From: Candidatus Saccharimonadota bacterium
GTDB lineage: Bacteria > Patescibacteriota > Gracilibacteria > BD1-5 > UBA2023
Assembly: GCA_046350815.1 (NCBI GenBank)
Contig: JAXLZO010000001.1
Coordinates: 1,251,674-1,283,673 of the forward strand
Length of the DNA: 32,000 bases
Direction of reading: 5' to 3'
Below are positions 11,791 to 21,051 of this stretch, one piece after another. The stretch's first letter is position 1. Every line of letters starts with the position of its first letter. Below the pieces are notes generated by a model. It was not told the origin of the DNA. It saw nothing but the letters and a program-made list of their open reading frames with translations, and searched no databases. Position numbers and translations under genes: made by a program.

Positions 11791-14148
11791 ATGTCTACAT
11801 CGCCAGAATCTCATATACAATCCCTCGAGGAGCGAGCACAAAATATTCAGAAATCATACCATGAGAGCACTGATCTTATTGGTGGGTGAGTTGATAAAAT
11901 AGTATGACTCTCCGGTGGTGAAACCGTGAAAAATGAATACATCAGACAAATAAATCTTATAAAGAAACAAGCAAATGAGGAGAGGAAAAAACTTCTTAAA
12001 GCCATTGCAGACAAACAAATCAATCAACGGACAGTCGCACCATTACTTACTCGACTCAATACAATCGCAAAACAAGAGCTGGAAGATACCTCTTTTTTGC
12101 AAGCCGCAAAAAATACCGATGTTGTACAAGCAGGAAAAAATGCAGTCTCTGGTGTGCAATGAGAAATAAATGGAGTGGTACATAGCACCGTTTCCATTAT
12201 TACTTGAACATTCGATTTACTCAAATTTCTGGGAAAATACAGCGTCAGTTATCTCGGTTATCACCCTGAATATAAAGACAAGGTAAACGCGCAAGCTCAA
12301 AAACTCTATGGATATCTCAAAAAAGAGGGTATGTGATGAGTCCAAGAAAAAGCTGTGGTACTTTTTAATCAAGAAATAGAGAGAATCAGTAAGCTTCCAC
12401 AAGAACAACAAGCAAAAGCTATCGGTAATATTACTGGAAATATAATTGGTATGCTGCTAGTTATGAAAGCGGGCACAGTAGCAGTTGAGAAAATCGGAAA
12501 AATAAGCAAGCAAACGAAACGTGGAGAGATTCTTCTTGCTCGTGAAATAAACAAAGATACTCCAAACTTAGTACGTACACAAAAACTGAAATGACTCCTA
12601 AAATCTGCTGATCAAACTAAAAAAACTCTCACAATCGCAAATATAGCACTCAATGGTGTTGCAGAGAGTATGATAGGAGCAGTGCTCACTAAACAACTTT
12701 ATCCAGCCATAGAGTTCTTTGAGAATAAAACAGAATCGATGGGTTTAAAAATTGAATTATTAGAAAAAACTCTGAAAGATTTGGATAACACATATCGTAG
12801 AGAGACAAATACAGAAAAAAGGCAAGAAATTTTGCAAGTAATAGAAACATACAAAAACAATATTTCAGTACAAAAAATAGTAAAATATCAACAAAAAAGA
12901 GATGCTATTTTAGAGAGAGCTTTTCAGAGATCAGCTGAGATGTTTCATATCGGGGAAGACATTCTGAGAAAAAATCCAGACATAGATTGAACTGGTCTTG
13001 CACAAAAGATCGAGGATCATTTCATAAAACAAGGAGTCCAACTTTCCAAAGATCAAAAAGAAATGTTAAAGATAACAGCAGCATCACTGGAAAAAGCAAA
13101 GCAAAAGAGACAGGTACAACTAGAAGAAATATTTCAAAAAGCATGAATTGCTATACCAAAAAAGTTGGAAGATATTGAATATATGATGAATACGAATTCA
13201 AATATTCAATTTGAGGAATGGAAAAACTATTCCATAAGACATTGAGGTATAAATTACATTAATATGATTCTTGCAAGAAATAAGAATGCAACTCTAAAAA
13301 TAATGAGGAGCGTATGATTAAACGGGGATGTACAAAATCTCACGCAAACGCAGAAAGAAAAACTAGTATGGCATCTTGAATGATGAATTACGACTATCAA
13401 ATTTAATATTAGCTCTCATCCAACCTGCATTATTCACGAATTTAGAAAAGCAAGTAGTTATATTGAGCAAGAGTCAAGGTGACACATGGATCTATGAACT
13501 GGAAAAATATATATCAAGGGTGGGAGAAGAAAAAAAGATATGAACTCAACTATTGAGCATGAATATCAACACTTTTTAAATCTTGCATTTCTAGAGCCAA
13601 TCGAAAAACAAATGTTGGATAAATCGCTTGGAAGCACAAACGATGTTCTCGCCTTTCAAACAAGGTTTGGTAAGAAACTGAATGAATCCCGTGAGCTCGA
13701 ATATCAATGGGAAGCCATGAAAGATGAAATTGCATCATATCTTGAGAGAAATGGGAGATTACCACAAACAATTGATTCATACCTATCAACAGGAAGCGAT
13801 GGAAAAGTCTTAAAGAGATTCGGAGAAAATATGGACAATGTCATCATAATAGACAGTATTCTACACGTACTATTAGTTCTCGGTATCAAAAAACAAGAAA
13901 TTGTTGATATAGTGAGAACTTCTGGTGGATTTGAACATGCGTACAATAGATTGCGAGAAAAATATAAACATATTGTCAATATTCCTATTGATATAACTTC
14001 ATGGAAAGCCTTTATAGACTCATGGAGAAATAGGAATGATGTGGACGCTGATTTATGGAGGAAAGCTCTGGTTAATCCAATGTATAACTTTACTGGACAT
14101 CCAAATCTAATTGAACCAATTAAAGCCTCAATATCTAAAAATGAATAA
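11791..14148 (+). CDS. 785-aa coiled-coil protein with central hydrophobic Gly-rich segments and a C-terminal region carrying an HExxH motif (possible zincin or toxin-like module)
   Basis: ATG at 11791, TAA at 14146-14148. Track ORFs 11926-12162, 12355-12594, 12670-12990 and 13540-14148 are all in frame 1. I read every gap between them and found only TGA stops. Hydrophobic segments: AIGNITGNIIGMLLVMKAGTVAV and IALNGVAESMIGAVL. HEYQH occurs in NSTIEHEYQHFLN. There is no signal peptide. Confidence 0.8.
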
Positions 14149-14743
14149 ATTATTTCTTGCTCTCTCATTGTGCATAGCTTTCACACCAACCATCACTTCT
14201 GCTGCACCCCACTTCGAGCCCACTCACCCATTTCCAACTGCCAATCAATCACAGAATGCCTGCTATTTCAATTCGGTTAATATCGCTGTCGAAGCAAAAT
14301 ACGGAACAAAAATTCGTATGAAAAGGGTGCTTCAAATAATTGATTTTGATGGGACAAGCCTTGCTACATGGGATTACAAGAAGCGATTCTCCGATCTCAC
14401 CCATATCAGAGTCCATGAATACAGTAGCAAAAAAGACCTAATAAAACTTCTTAATCAATGAGAACCAGTCCTGGTAAGCACCGAGATCAAACTCAAATCA
14501 TGAAAATTCATACGTCATGTATCGGTTGCTTACAGTTACGACAATAAGAGTATATGGGTGAGTGATCCTCTCGGTAACAAGAGAAAAAGCATCGCTTGGA
14601 GCGAGGTATTTCAGAAGAGTGGCAAAGTACGATTTAACAACCTTCGGACCGTTTCTGTAAAGCCGTATCCAAAATGGAATGAAAATTCAAAAAATCGGGA
14701 AGAAAAAGAGGATATTTGGTTAGATGAAAAGAGAATCAAATAA
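14141..14743 (+). CDS. Secreted papain-fold cysteine peptidase, C39-like (200 aa)
   Basis: The ATG at 14141 overlaps the upstream stop by 8 nt (ATGAATAA). Signal peptide MNKLFLALSLCIAFTPTITSA. The Gln/Cys motif QSQNACYFNS and the His motif RHVSVAYSYDNKSIWVSDP match the Q...C / H..V..gyd....v.DP layout of C39-like peptidases. Two in-frame TGA join track ORFs 14111-14461 and 14558-14743. Confidence 0.72.
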
Positions 14744-14744
14744 A

Positions 14745-14768
14745 AAATCCTCATAATTATGAGGATTT
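14745..14768. terminator. Bidirectional intrinsic terminator between convergent genes
   Basis: Perfect palindrome AAATCCTCATAATTATGAGGATTT, with an A-run on the left and T-rich sequence on the right. It sits between the stop at 14743 (+) and the stop at 14778 (-). Confidence 0.65.
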
Positions 14769-14777
14769 GTTAGAAAT

Positions 14778-15389
14778 TTACCTACACATTCCACTCATAT
14801 CAAGAGCACATCTCCAAGCATTTTCGGATCCATTGAGAGTAATCTTATATTTTTTCGTATATTGCTCGATAACTTTAGTAATTTGGAGTTTATAGAATGC
14901 ATCAGCCACAACTCCGAGTCATACGACTTTTCCAGTAATATCAACCTGATAAACATCATTCTTCAGCTCTACTTTTGCAACCTTGAGGTCAGACGCATAG
15001 AGCACATTATGAAGCCCTGTCTCACCATAGTAATAGGTCTTGATCTTGAAAAGTGCCGTAAGCACATTGGTGATCTTCTCTGATTCAGAGACACTACCTG
15101 ATCAAAAACCAATAGTAATAGGTTCGAGATATCGTCCTATGTCGCCATTCATATCATCCTCAGGTGGTCGAAGAAGATAGAGTAGAATCGGTTCGAACGA
15201 AACACCGGTAGCTACGAGAGGTACTTGTTTGTCAGCATGAGATCTCCCTTGTTGATAATTTATATTTGTCGATCCTCTGTATATTTTGGATTTCATAACA
15301 GAAATCCAATGAGAAAAAGGGAGAAAAGGAACAAGACAAATCACAAAAAAGAGAATGAGGAGAACAAGCGCAGTGATCCATCTTTTCAT
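14778..15389 (-). CDS. Membrane-anchored GerMN-like domain protein (203 aa)
   Basis: ATG at 15389, TAA at 14780-14778. Track ORF 15102-15389 continues through TGA codons. N-terminal TM segment WITALVLLILFFVICLVPFL. The layout ...LYLLRPP...TNVLTALFK...VAKVELKNDVYQVDITGK...LQITKVIEQYTKKYKITLNG resembles GerMN domains. The family call is by eye only. Confidence 0.6.
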
Positions 15390-15395
15390 AATATG

Positions 15396-16028
15396 CTAAA
15401 CACGAATTTTTGTAATCGTCTCACCGTGCTTGATATGACGATGCGTGACAAATTTTCCAGTCCATCCTGCAAGAAGGATGATAAAACCGATGAGTGCAAC
15501 CCAAAAACCAACATCGATATAAGCACCTGAAACATCTTTATTTGCCTGTGCGATCATCGTATAGCTCACACCCGTATTTTGAGAAGATACGATGGTTTTT
15601 GCATCATGAGAAACAGGATTCATCATGTTCCCTATAACAAGCCAAAAAAGACCAAAAGCAGAAATACCATAGCTCACTGCTCTTCGTTTTGCGAGAGGAA
15701 TATCCCATATTCACCAAAGAGCAGGAAGAAGTGCTATTAAAATAAGCACATATTTAACAACGAGTTCAGCTGTATGAGAAAGGAGACCAGGGAGGATTTC
15801 ATATGTCATGCAACCAAGCCCAAGGAGAGCAGATAACCACAAACCAATGAGAATTCGAAGCATTTTAATAGTGTGGTCTGATGGACGAGCCTTGAAAAAA
15901 TTGATAATCTTCAACATAAAAAGAAAGATAGGTATAAAAAGAAAGATAGGTATATTTTGAGGAAAATCAACTGATTTGCTCAAATACGCATCGGTAAAAA
16001 GAGAATTTTTTGACAAAATATTCGTCAT
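15396..16028 (-). CDS. Polytopic membrane protein of unknown function (210 aa)
   Basis: Track ORFs 15711-16028 and 15396-15677 share a frame and are joined via TGA at 15711-15713 (LPALW-G-IWDIPL). Several hydrophobic helices are present. It contains an in-frame duplicated hexapeptide, IPIFLF IPIFLF. Confidence 0.7.
15916..15951. repeat. Perfect 18-nt tandem duplication inside the membrane-protein gene
   Basis: ATAAAAAGAAAGATAGGT occurs twice, at 15916-15933 and 15934-15951. It encodes IPIFLF twice on the minus strand. Confidence 0.9.
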
Positions 16029-16037
16029 TGGTATATT
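16010..16037 (+). promoter_or_regulatory. Sigma70-type promoter
   Basis: TTGACA (16010-16015), a 16-nt spacer, then TATATT (16032-16037), preceded by TGg in extended -10 style. It overlaps the start of the divergent gene ending at 16028. Confidence 0.5.
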
Positions 16038-16043
16038 CGAAGT

Positions 16044-16172
16044 TATGAATCAACTCTCACTTATCGTTTCACGTCGTCGCCAGAGCTCTCACTGAGGGTT
16101 GTTTTCTGGCGTCGTGATATAGGCACGAATCTTGAAAAAAGCTCTCAGATATCTGAGAGCTTTTTATTTTTT
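16044..16172 (+). ncRNA. Structured ~125-nt transcript (small RNA or cis-regulatory leader) ending in an intrinsic terminator
   Basis: It lies downstream of the promoter above and is locally GC-richer than the flanks. Helix: CGCCAGA (16078-16084) with TCTGGCG (16105-16111), extended by CACG/CGTG. Terminator hairpin at 16141-16160. CTGAGGGT (16092-16099) can pair with the 5' terminator arm GCTCTCAG, allowing G-U pairs, so an antiterminator alternative exists. Confidence 0.4.
16141..16172 (+). terminator. Intrinsic terminator
   Basis: Perfect hairpin GCTCTCAGATATCTGAGAGC followed by TTTTTATTTTTT. Confidence 0.7.
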
Positions 16173-16197
16173 CTCTTTTTCTTTTTATGGGACGTCT

Positions 16198-16681
16198 ATA
16201 GAAATAAAGCCAGCAACTGCGCACGATCTTGATACTATTCTCAAGATTCGATCAGGAGCAAGCAACCTCAAGCACCTTGATGCTACATATATACAGCAGA
16301 ATGTTCAAGAATTCGTGCTCGCTATTCTATCGGATAGTACAACGGTTGGTATTATGAGACTCTTTACACCACTGACCGCACCACACACGGTCGAGATGGG
16401 ATCATTTGTGAAAATCACGCCTACAATAGTACCATGAGTCTCTACCACGCTCATACAGTATGCTTGAATATCAAGCAATGCTGAAACAGAAAAAAGTCAT
16501 TGCTATTGTTCAAAATCAAGTCCACTCCTGTCTCACCCAGTGTCTGGAGAGAAAGGACTGGGAAGATAAAAGCGACTCAGAAGAGTACAGTGAGAGACTT
16601 GCTGAATCACCCGGGAAACAACTCTGGGAAAAAACTCCGAAGCGACTTGATCCCGACTCAAAAATCTTCATGTATCCGTAA
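16198..16681 (+). pseudogene. GNAT-family N-acetyltransferase remnant (no canonical start, frameshifted)
   Basis: Frame 1 reads IEIKPATAHDLDTILKI...VEMGSFVKITPTIVPGVSTTLIQY, a GNAT-like N-terminal half. The GNAT-like continuation LEYQAMLKQKKVIAIVQNQVHSCLTQCLERKDWED is in frame 2 (track ORF 16460-16681). The only in-frame start is a TTG inside the terminator hairpin. Confidence 0.5.
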
Positions 16682-16693
16682 TTTTCTTCCTCT

Positions 16694-17824
16694 ATGACCA
16701 CTCTCTGGCACACCGATACTCACCTCGATAAGCTCATCGAAACTTTTACCGTGTGAGATGACTACCTCATTGATCAGATTTTTCTTCCGTATGATATTAG
16801 AGCATCTCGCGCGCATGCACAAATGCTTCAATCAATCAATATTATCAGTGGGGACAAGCTTGTTCTCATCGAGAAATGACTCCAAGAAATCCTCGATCTT
16901 CACAAAGCAGGGAATTTTCATATCGAACCTTCTCAAGAAGACTGTCACACCGCCATCGAAGTATTTTTAACGGAAAAATATGGAGATATTGGAAAGAAAA
17001 TACACACGGGAAGATCACGAAATGATCAATCACTCACGATGATCCGCCTGTTTCTCAAGGATCAAGTACAAGTAGCAGAAGAAAACCTCAATACACTCAT
17101 AGACGTCTGTAAAAAGCAAGCCCTCTCGGATATAGCTATGCCCGGATATACCCACATGCAAAAAGCGATGCCAACGACCGTCGGTACATGGATCGACTCA
17201 TACCATGATGCACTCAAAGATCAGATGAGATTCTTTGACCCACTGCAATCCATACTCGATCAATCACCTCTTGGATCTGCTGCAGGATTCGGCATTGCGA
17301 ATTTTCCCAATGATCGTGCACTGAGCGCAGAGCTTATGTGATTTGCAAAAGTACAAGAAAATCCTCTCTATTGTGGGATTTCCCGATGACTCTTTGAGAC
17401 AAATATTTTAGGAGTACTCTGAAATTTTCTCCTGATCCTATGACGTCTCAACAATGATCTCCTCCTCTTCACGACTGGAGAATTCTCATTTTTCTCTCTC
17501 CCAGAGAACATGACGACCGGCTCATCTATCATGCCACAAAAACGCAACTACGATGTCCTCGAGCTCATCCGTGCGAAAATCACTCTCTTTTTTGGCTATC
17601 ACGACCAAATGCGAAATCTCTACACTCATCTCATCTCCGGCTATCAACGCGATCTCCAGATGACAAAAAGTATTTTTCTCTCGGGATTCAAGACTTGGAA
17701 TGAAATCATTCAGATTATGACACACGTGATTCAAGAGCTTCAAATCCATGAAACAAATCTAGAGGACTCAATGACAGAAGATCTTTTTGCAACGGAAGCA
17801 GTCTACAAGCTGGTCATGCAGTAA
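16694..17824 (+). CDS. argH: Argininosuccinate lyase, C-terminally truncated (376 aa; possibly a pseudogene)
   Basis: ATG at 16694. Six in-frame TGA join the segment 16694-17038 with track ORFs 17039-17341 and 17510-17824. Fumarase/ASL signatures present: HTGRSRNDQ, GYTHMQKAMPTT and TTGSSIMPQKRN. It stops at TAA 17822-17824, although homology (KSFRDAYKEV) continues in frame for 15 codons. About 70 C-terminal residues expected for ArgH are missing. Confidence 0.8.
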
Positions 17825-17914
17825 AAATCATTTCGTGATGCTTATAAAGAGGTAAAAATGAGATTATGCTAAAACTATTATTTCTTTTGTACGATTCAAG
17901 ATAACTCTATACTT

Positions 17915-19711
17915 TTACTTCAATACGATAGATTTTTCATATCCATCTGGATACGCATACCCGAGGAGAGATGGCTTCTTTTCTTTCATTTTTTGTATTT
18001 CCTGTAAACATTTTGCAGTGCCTTCTTCTGGATTTCTAAAGCATTTTTGATCATCAAATGTTTGATTCTCACTCACATCATAGAGGCTTATAACCCCATT
18101 ATTTCATTTTGCTGATCAAGCGGGTAGAGTAAGTGCATGTTCCCGTGTTATTTCATTTTCAACAACCAATAAGATACTTTTATTTTCTTTCTTTGCAAGC
18201 AAATATTGTCTCATTGAATATTCAAAGGAACTCATATTACGAATCATTTCTCTATCTTGAATAAGAGATAGTTCACTAAATCAATCGGAGATATTTTGAC
18301 CATCTTTATTGATAATTTTCCATATTTTCCCGTCACGAACAGCGATCATATCTCTATTAATTTGAAAGAATCATCGTGCTTCACCGTAGAGGTCAAAGAT
18401 TCCCTCATCATCGTCATCAAAAGTAAATATCTCCTTATTGCTGTTTGCATTCAAAAGAACTGTCTTGTTTCATCGACGAGAGATAGTATGCTCTCTCGAT
18501 GCGATTGCAAGTCCATCTGAAAGCATGAACCCACCACCATGAGTCGCTATTCAAAAGAGAATATTATCATAACGATAGTCATCAAATCCATATATTCACC
18601 ATTTATCTCATTTTTTTAATGCGATATGTGAACCATCCATATTAGTGCGTATACTATCATGGCTATCAAATATCTCTCATGTTTTTTTATTCTTCAGTTT
18701 CTTTTCTTGTGTAATGATAAAATCAGGATGCATATTTTGATGCTGTATCAGGCTGAGTCATTCATCCTTATCCATTGTCCGTATATCCCCTTTGGTGGTT
18801 ATTTCAAAAAATTCCCATCAAGAACTATCTCATTCATTATCTCATTTGAAGGCAATCATAGTTCCACTCTGAGTAGTGATAAGCATATTGTATTCTGCGG
18901 ATAGGAACCATGTTCCATCTTCACGGATGAGTCCATAAAGACCTTGATCGTTTTGCATAATGAGTACTCCATCACGAAAGATTGAATTTTGATCAAACAA
19001 TCGATATCAGCCTGTATATCACAGAGATTCATATACGACCGTTCCATCAGTTTTCAGTATGCGAACAGCCTTGTTATGAAGAGCGAGAATAGTATTATCG
19101 TTCACCTTTCGTATGGAGGAGTATACTGGTGGAAGCCACATATTTTTCTCTCGTATATTATACACAAAAACTGATCGTGTATTATTGGGACCACTTATTT
19201 TTTCAAAAATTACTTTTTCTCAAATTGAATCAAGAATCCGAAGTTGGATATTATCTTTGAATGGTTCCGGCTGAAATAGTTGAAGTTTTGGGTGATTGGC
19301 AAGACGAATGATGGACCCATCAGGAAGCACAAACCCATCATCAAAAAGATAGCATCCATTCTGTTCATACTGCACCTTTTGATAAGATACTTCAAGAATT
19401 ACACTTCCTGACTGTGATATGAGACCAAATTTCTCTCATTTTTTTACTATCATAGATCCGTTGGAATCTGGCAAAAACACCGCATCATATTGGTCGCGGA
19501 ATTTGTATTGCAAAACTTCCCCCGAAGAGTTTAATATTACTTTACCGGTAGCAATGTTTGCATTGTTTTGTCAGGTTCCTATTTCAGAAGATCCAACTAA
19601 AGATGTATTCGCTCCTACATGAGTTTTTTCAGAATGAGAATCGATATTACATCCAGATAAAAGAACGATACTAAGAGAGAGTCATAAAACACGGAGATGG
19701 AGTTTTTTCAT
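17915..19711 (-). CDS. WG-repeat (KWG-like) lipoprotein (598 aa)
   Basis: ATG at 19711, TAA at 17917-17915. I checked every codon: 19 in-frame TGA and no TAA or TAG. Lipobox signal MKKLHLRVLGLSLSIVLLSGC. Repeats such as KGEKFGLISQSGSVIL, DQGLYGLIREDGTWFL, KGDKWGIYGFDDY and DGKIWKIINKDGQNI are typical of WG-containing beta repeats. It is invisible in the standard-code track. Confidence 0.8.
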
Positions 19712-19912
19712 ATTTTTTAACTTGCCACGAATATAACATAATCATGTCTTTTTGGCAAAAATTATCCATGATTTTCTCATTTGGGAAATTTCAAATATGT
19801 ACTATTGTTTTCTCATCACCAATTCATCTGATGAGAAAAAATCTTGCATGCGCACTTGATGGTTATGAATCGTATTTTCTGAAAATGAGTTATTTGTAAT
19901 ACTAAAAATTAT

Positions 19913-20298
19913 CTAGTATATTTTTATAAATTTCATTACTAATAGAGAAAGTAATCATCCAAGGAATAAAGTAATAGCTCATACAAGAACTAAAAATTTG
20001 AAAGTTATTGTGTCATAACGCTTTACATATTCTTCCTTAATATATACCAACTGCTCATTCGTGAAATTATAAGATTTACTCATTTGATCACTTTGTAATT
20101 CTCACAGTGATCATTCAATTATTATTTTTGTGTTATCATCCCTTTCTAGCTGAAGAGTTATCACTTCAGATATAGCTAATTCATGAATCTTATCATCGAT
20201 TCGTAAATAATTATCGTCTAAAATTACTATAATTTTAAATACTAGCATCAGGGACATCAAGAAAATAATTCCTATCAATCATCTTTGTTTTCAATTTA
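19913..20298 (-). pseudogene. 3' fragment of a membrane-protein gene split by the IS1595 insertion
   Basis: The frame is open from the IS edge to TAG at 19915-19913. It reads ...GKQRGLIGIIFLMSLMLVFKIIVIL...FKFLVLVGAITLFLGGLLSLLVMKFIKIY. It joins in frame to 21052-21344 once the IS and one target duplication are removed. Confidence 0.6.
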
Positions 20299-21051
20299 GG
20301 GTCTAAACCAGTTACGGGTTATATTGACGAAGTAACTTTAGCACTTCCTTATAAATATCTTTTCATTGAATACGACAATTATATCTGAATTCAGATTCTT
20401 TCAAAAAATAGTAGAAGTAGACTTTCTTGATTCCATTGAATTGAGAGAGTCTTCTTTTGGTATAACTCCAAAATGACTCTATTCAATTAATGTGTTGAGT
20501 TCATCTTGCAAATTCATTTGCTCCGTGATGAACACGGTAGTGTTTCTCATATCCAATATCTACAAGCCCATCATAAGCTCACCATCCATCACTGTTAATC
20601 TCAGACTCTTCTATACGAAGTTTTCATCGAATGATTGGCACGAGAGTCCTTGCTTTTACATCAGGAACTATCTCAGTATATACTTTTCAGTTTCTTTTGA
20701 GTAAACCAAAGACTATTGTCTTCATACCAGCTCACCTTCCTCTCTTTCATCGGACTCTTGTTGGTCAGAAGTAACTCTCATCTATCTCAACATTTCCAGT
20801 CCATATTTCATTCTTTTCTCTCTCACAGAGAAAGGCTATCGCCTTTCTGATATATCTATACCAATCCTGTGTTGTTTTTGGATTGAGACCTGTTAATACC
20901 GCTGTTTTATCTGAAGTAAAATCCAGAGAAAAATATTTCACAATTTCTCTTATTTTTGCATCTCAAATTCGTGATTTTTTCCTATAGGTAGTTTTACTGA
21001 TCATAGAGCCAAGTTTATGGGATAATTTATCCTGTCAACTGGTTTAGACCC
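20299..21051 (-). mobile_element. IS1595-family insertion sequence (753 bp) with 15-bp perfect TIRs and a 7-bp target-site duplication
   Basis: The left TIR GGGTCTAAACCAGTT (20299-20313) is the exact reverse complement of the right TIR at 21037-21051. Direct repeats CAATTTA flank the element at 20292-20298 and 21052-21058. It encodes a single transposase ORF. Confidence 0.85.
20312..21004 (-). CDS. IS1595-family (ISXO2-like DDE) transposase, 230 aa
   Basis: ATG at 21004, TAA at 20314-20312, inside the TIR. I checked every codon and counted 10 in-frame TGA. Family-typical motifs: VEIDESYFG, RGKRGRGAG, KTIVFGLLKRNGKVYTEIV, INSDGWGAYDG, HYRVHHG, HINGIESFWSYTKRRL and ESEFRYN. Several conserved Gly in these motifs are encoded by TGA. 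Confidence 0.85.

Noticed and set aside
11791-11895. The N-terminus of the 785-aa protein read as a double-glycine leader (…ESTDLIGG) processed by the adjacent C39-like peptidase
   Set aside because: Only some consensus positions fit: Leu at -4, Glu at -8 and Ser at -11. The hydrophobic positions at -7 and -12 do not fit. The leader would be unusually long. The adjacent peptidase is a stand-alone secreted enzyme, not an ABC-transporter-fused C39 domain.
14111-14140. An earlier in-frame start (track ORF begins at 14111) for the C39-like peptidase
   Set aside because: It would add MNQLKPQYLK ahead of a canonical signal peptide and would lie entirely inside the upstream gene. The ATG at 14141, with the 8-nt ATGAATAA overlap, is the more typical coupled start.
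18296-19622. Plus-strand and off-frame track ORFs across the WG-repeat gene region, and similar ones at 28781-29602 and 27795-28313
   Set aside because: Each overlaps a long minus-strand frame that is free of TAA and TAG and has clear domain repeats (WG repeats, RCC1 blades, pilin region). The track ORFs show no motifs.
19808-19839. An 11-bp inverted repeat (TTTTCTCATCA ... TGATGAGAAAA) considered as a terminator for the split membrane gene
   Set aside because: No T-run follows the hairpin on either strand; the T and A runs are part of the stem itself. I therefore do not call it a terminator, and its function is unknown.
19741-19897. A small plus-strand ORF (51 aa, MSFWQKLSMIFSFGKFQ...) in the intergenic region after the WG-repeat gene
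   Set aside because: It is short, has no recognisable motif or signal, and spans the inverted repeat. The evidence is insufficient to call a gene.
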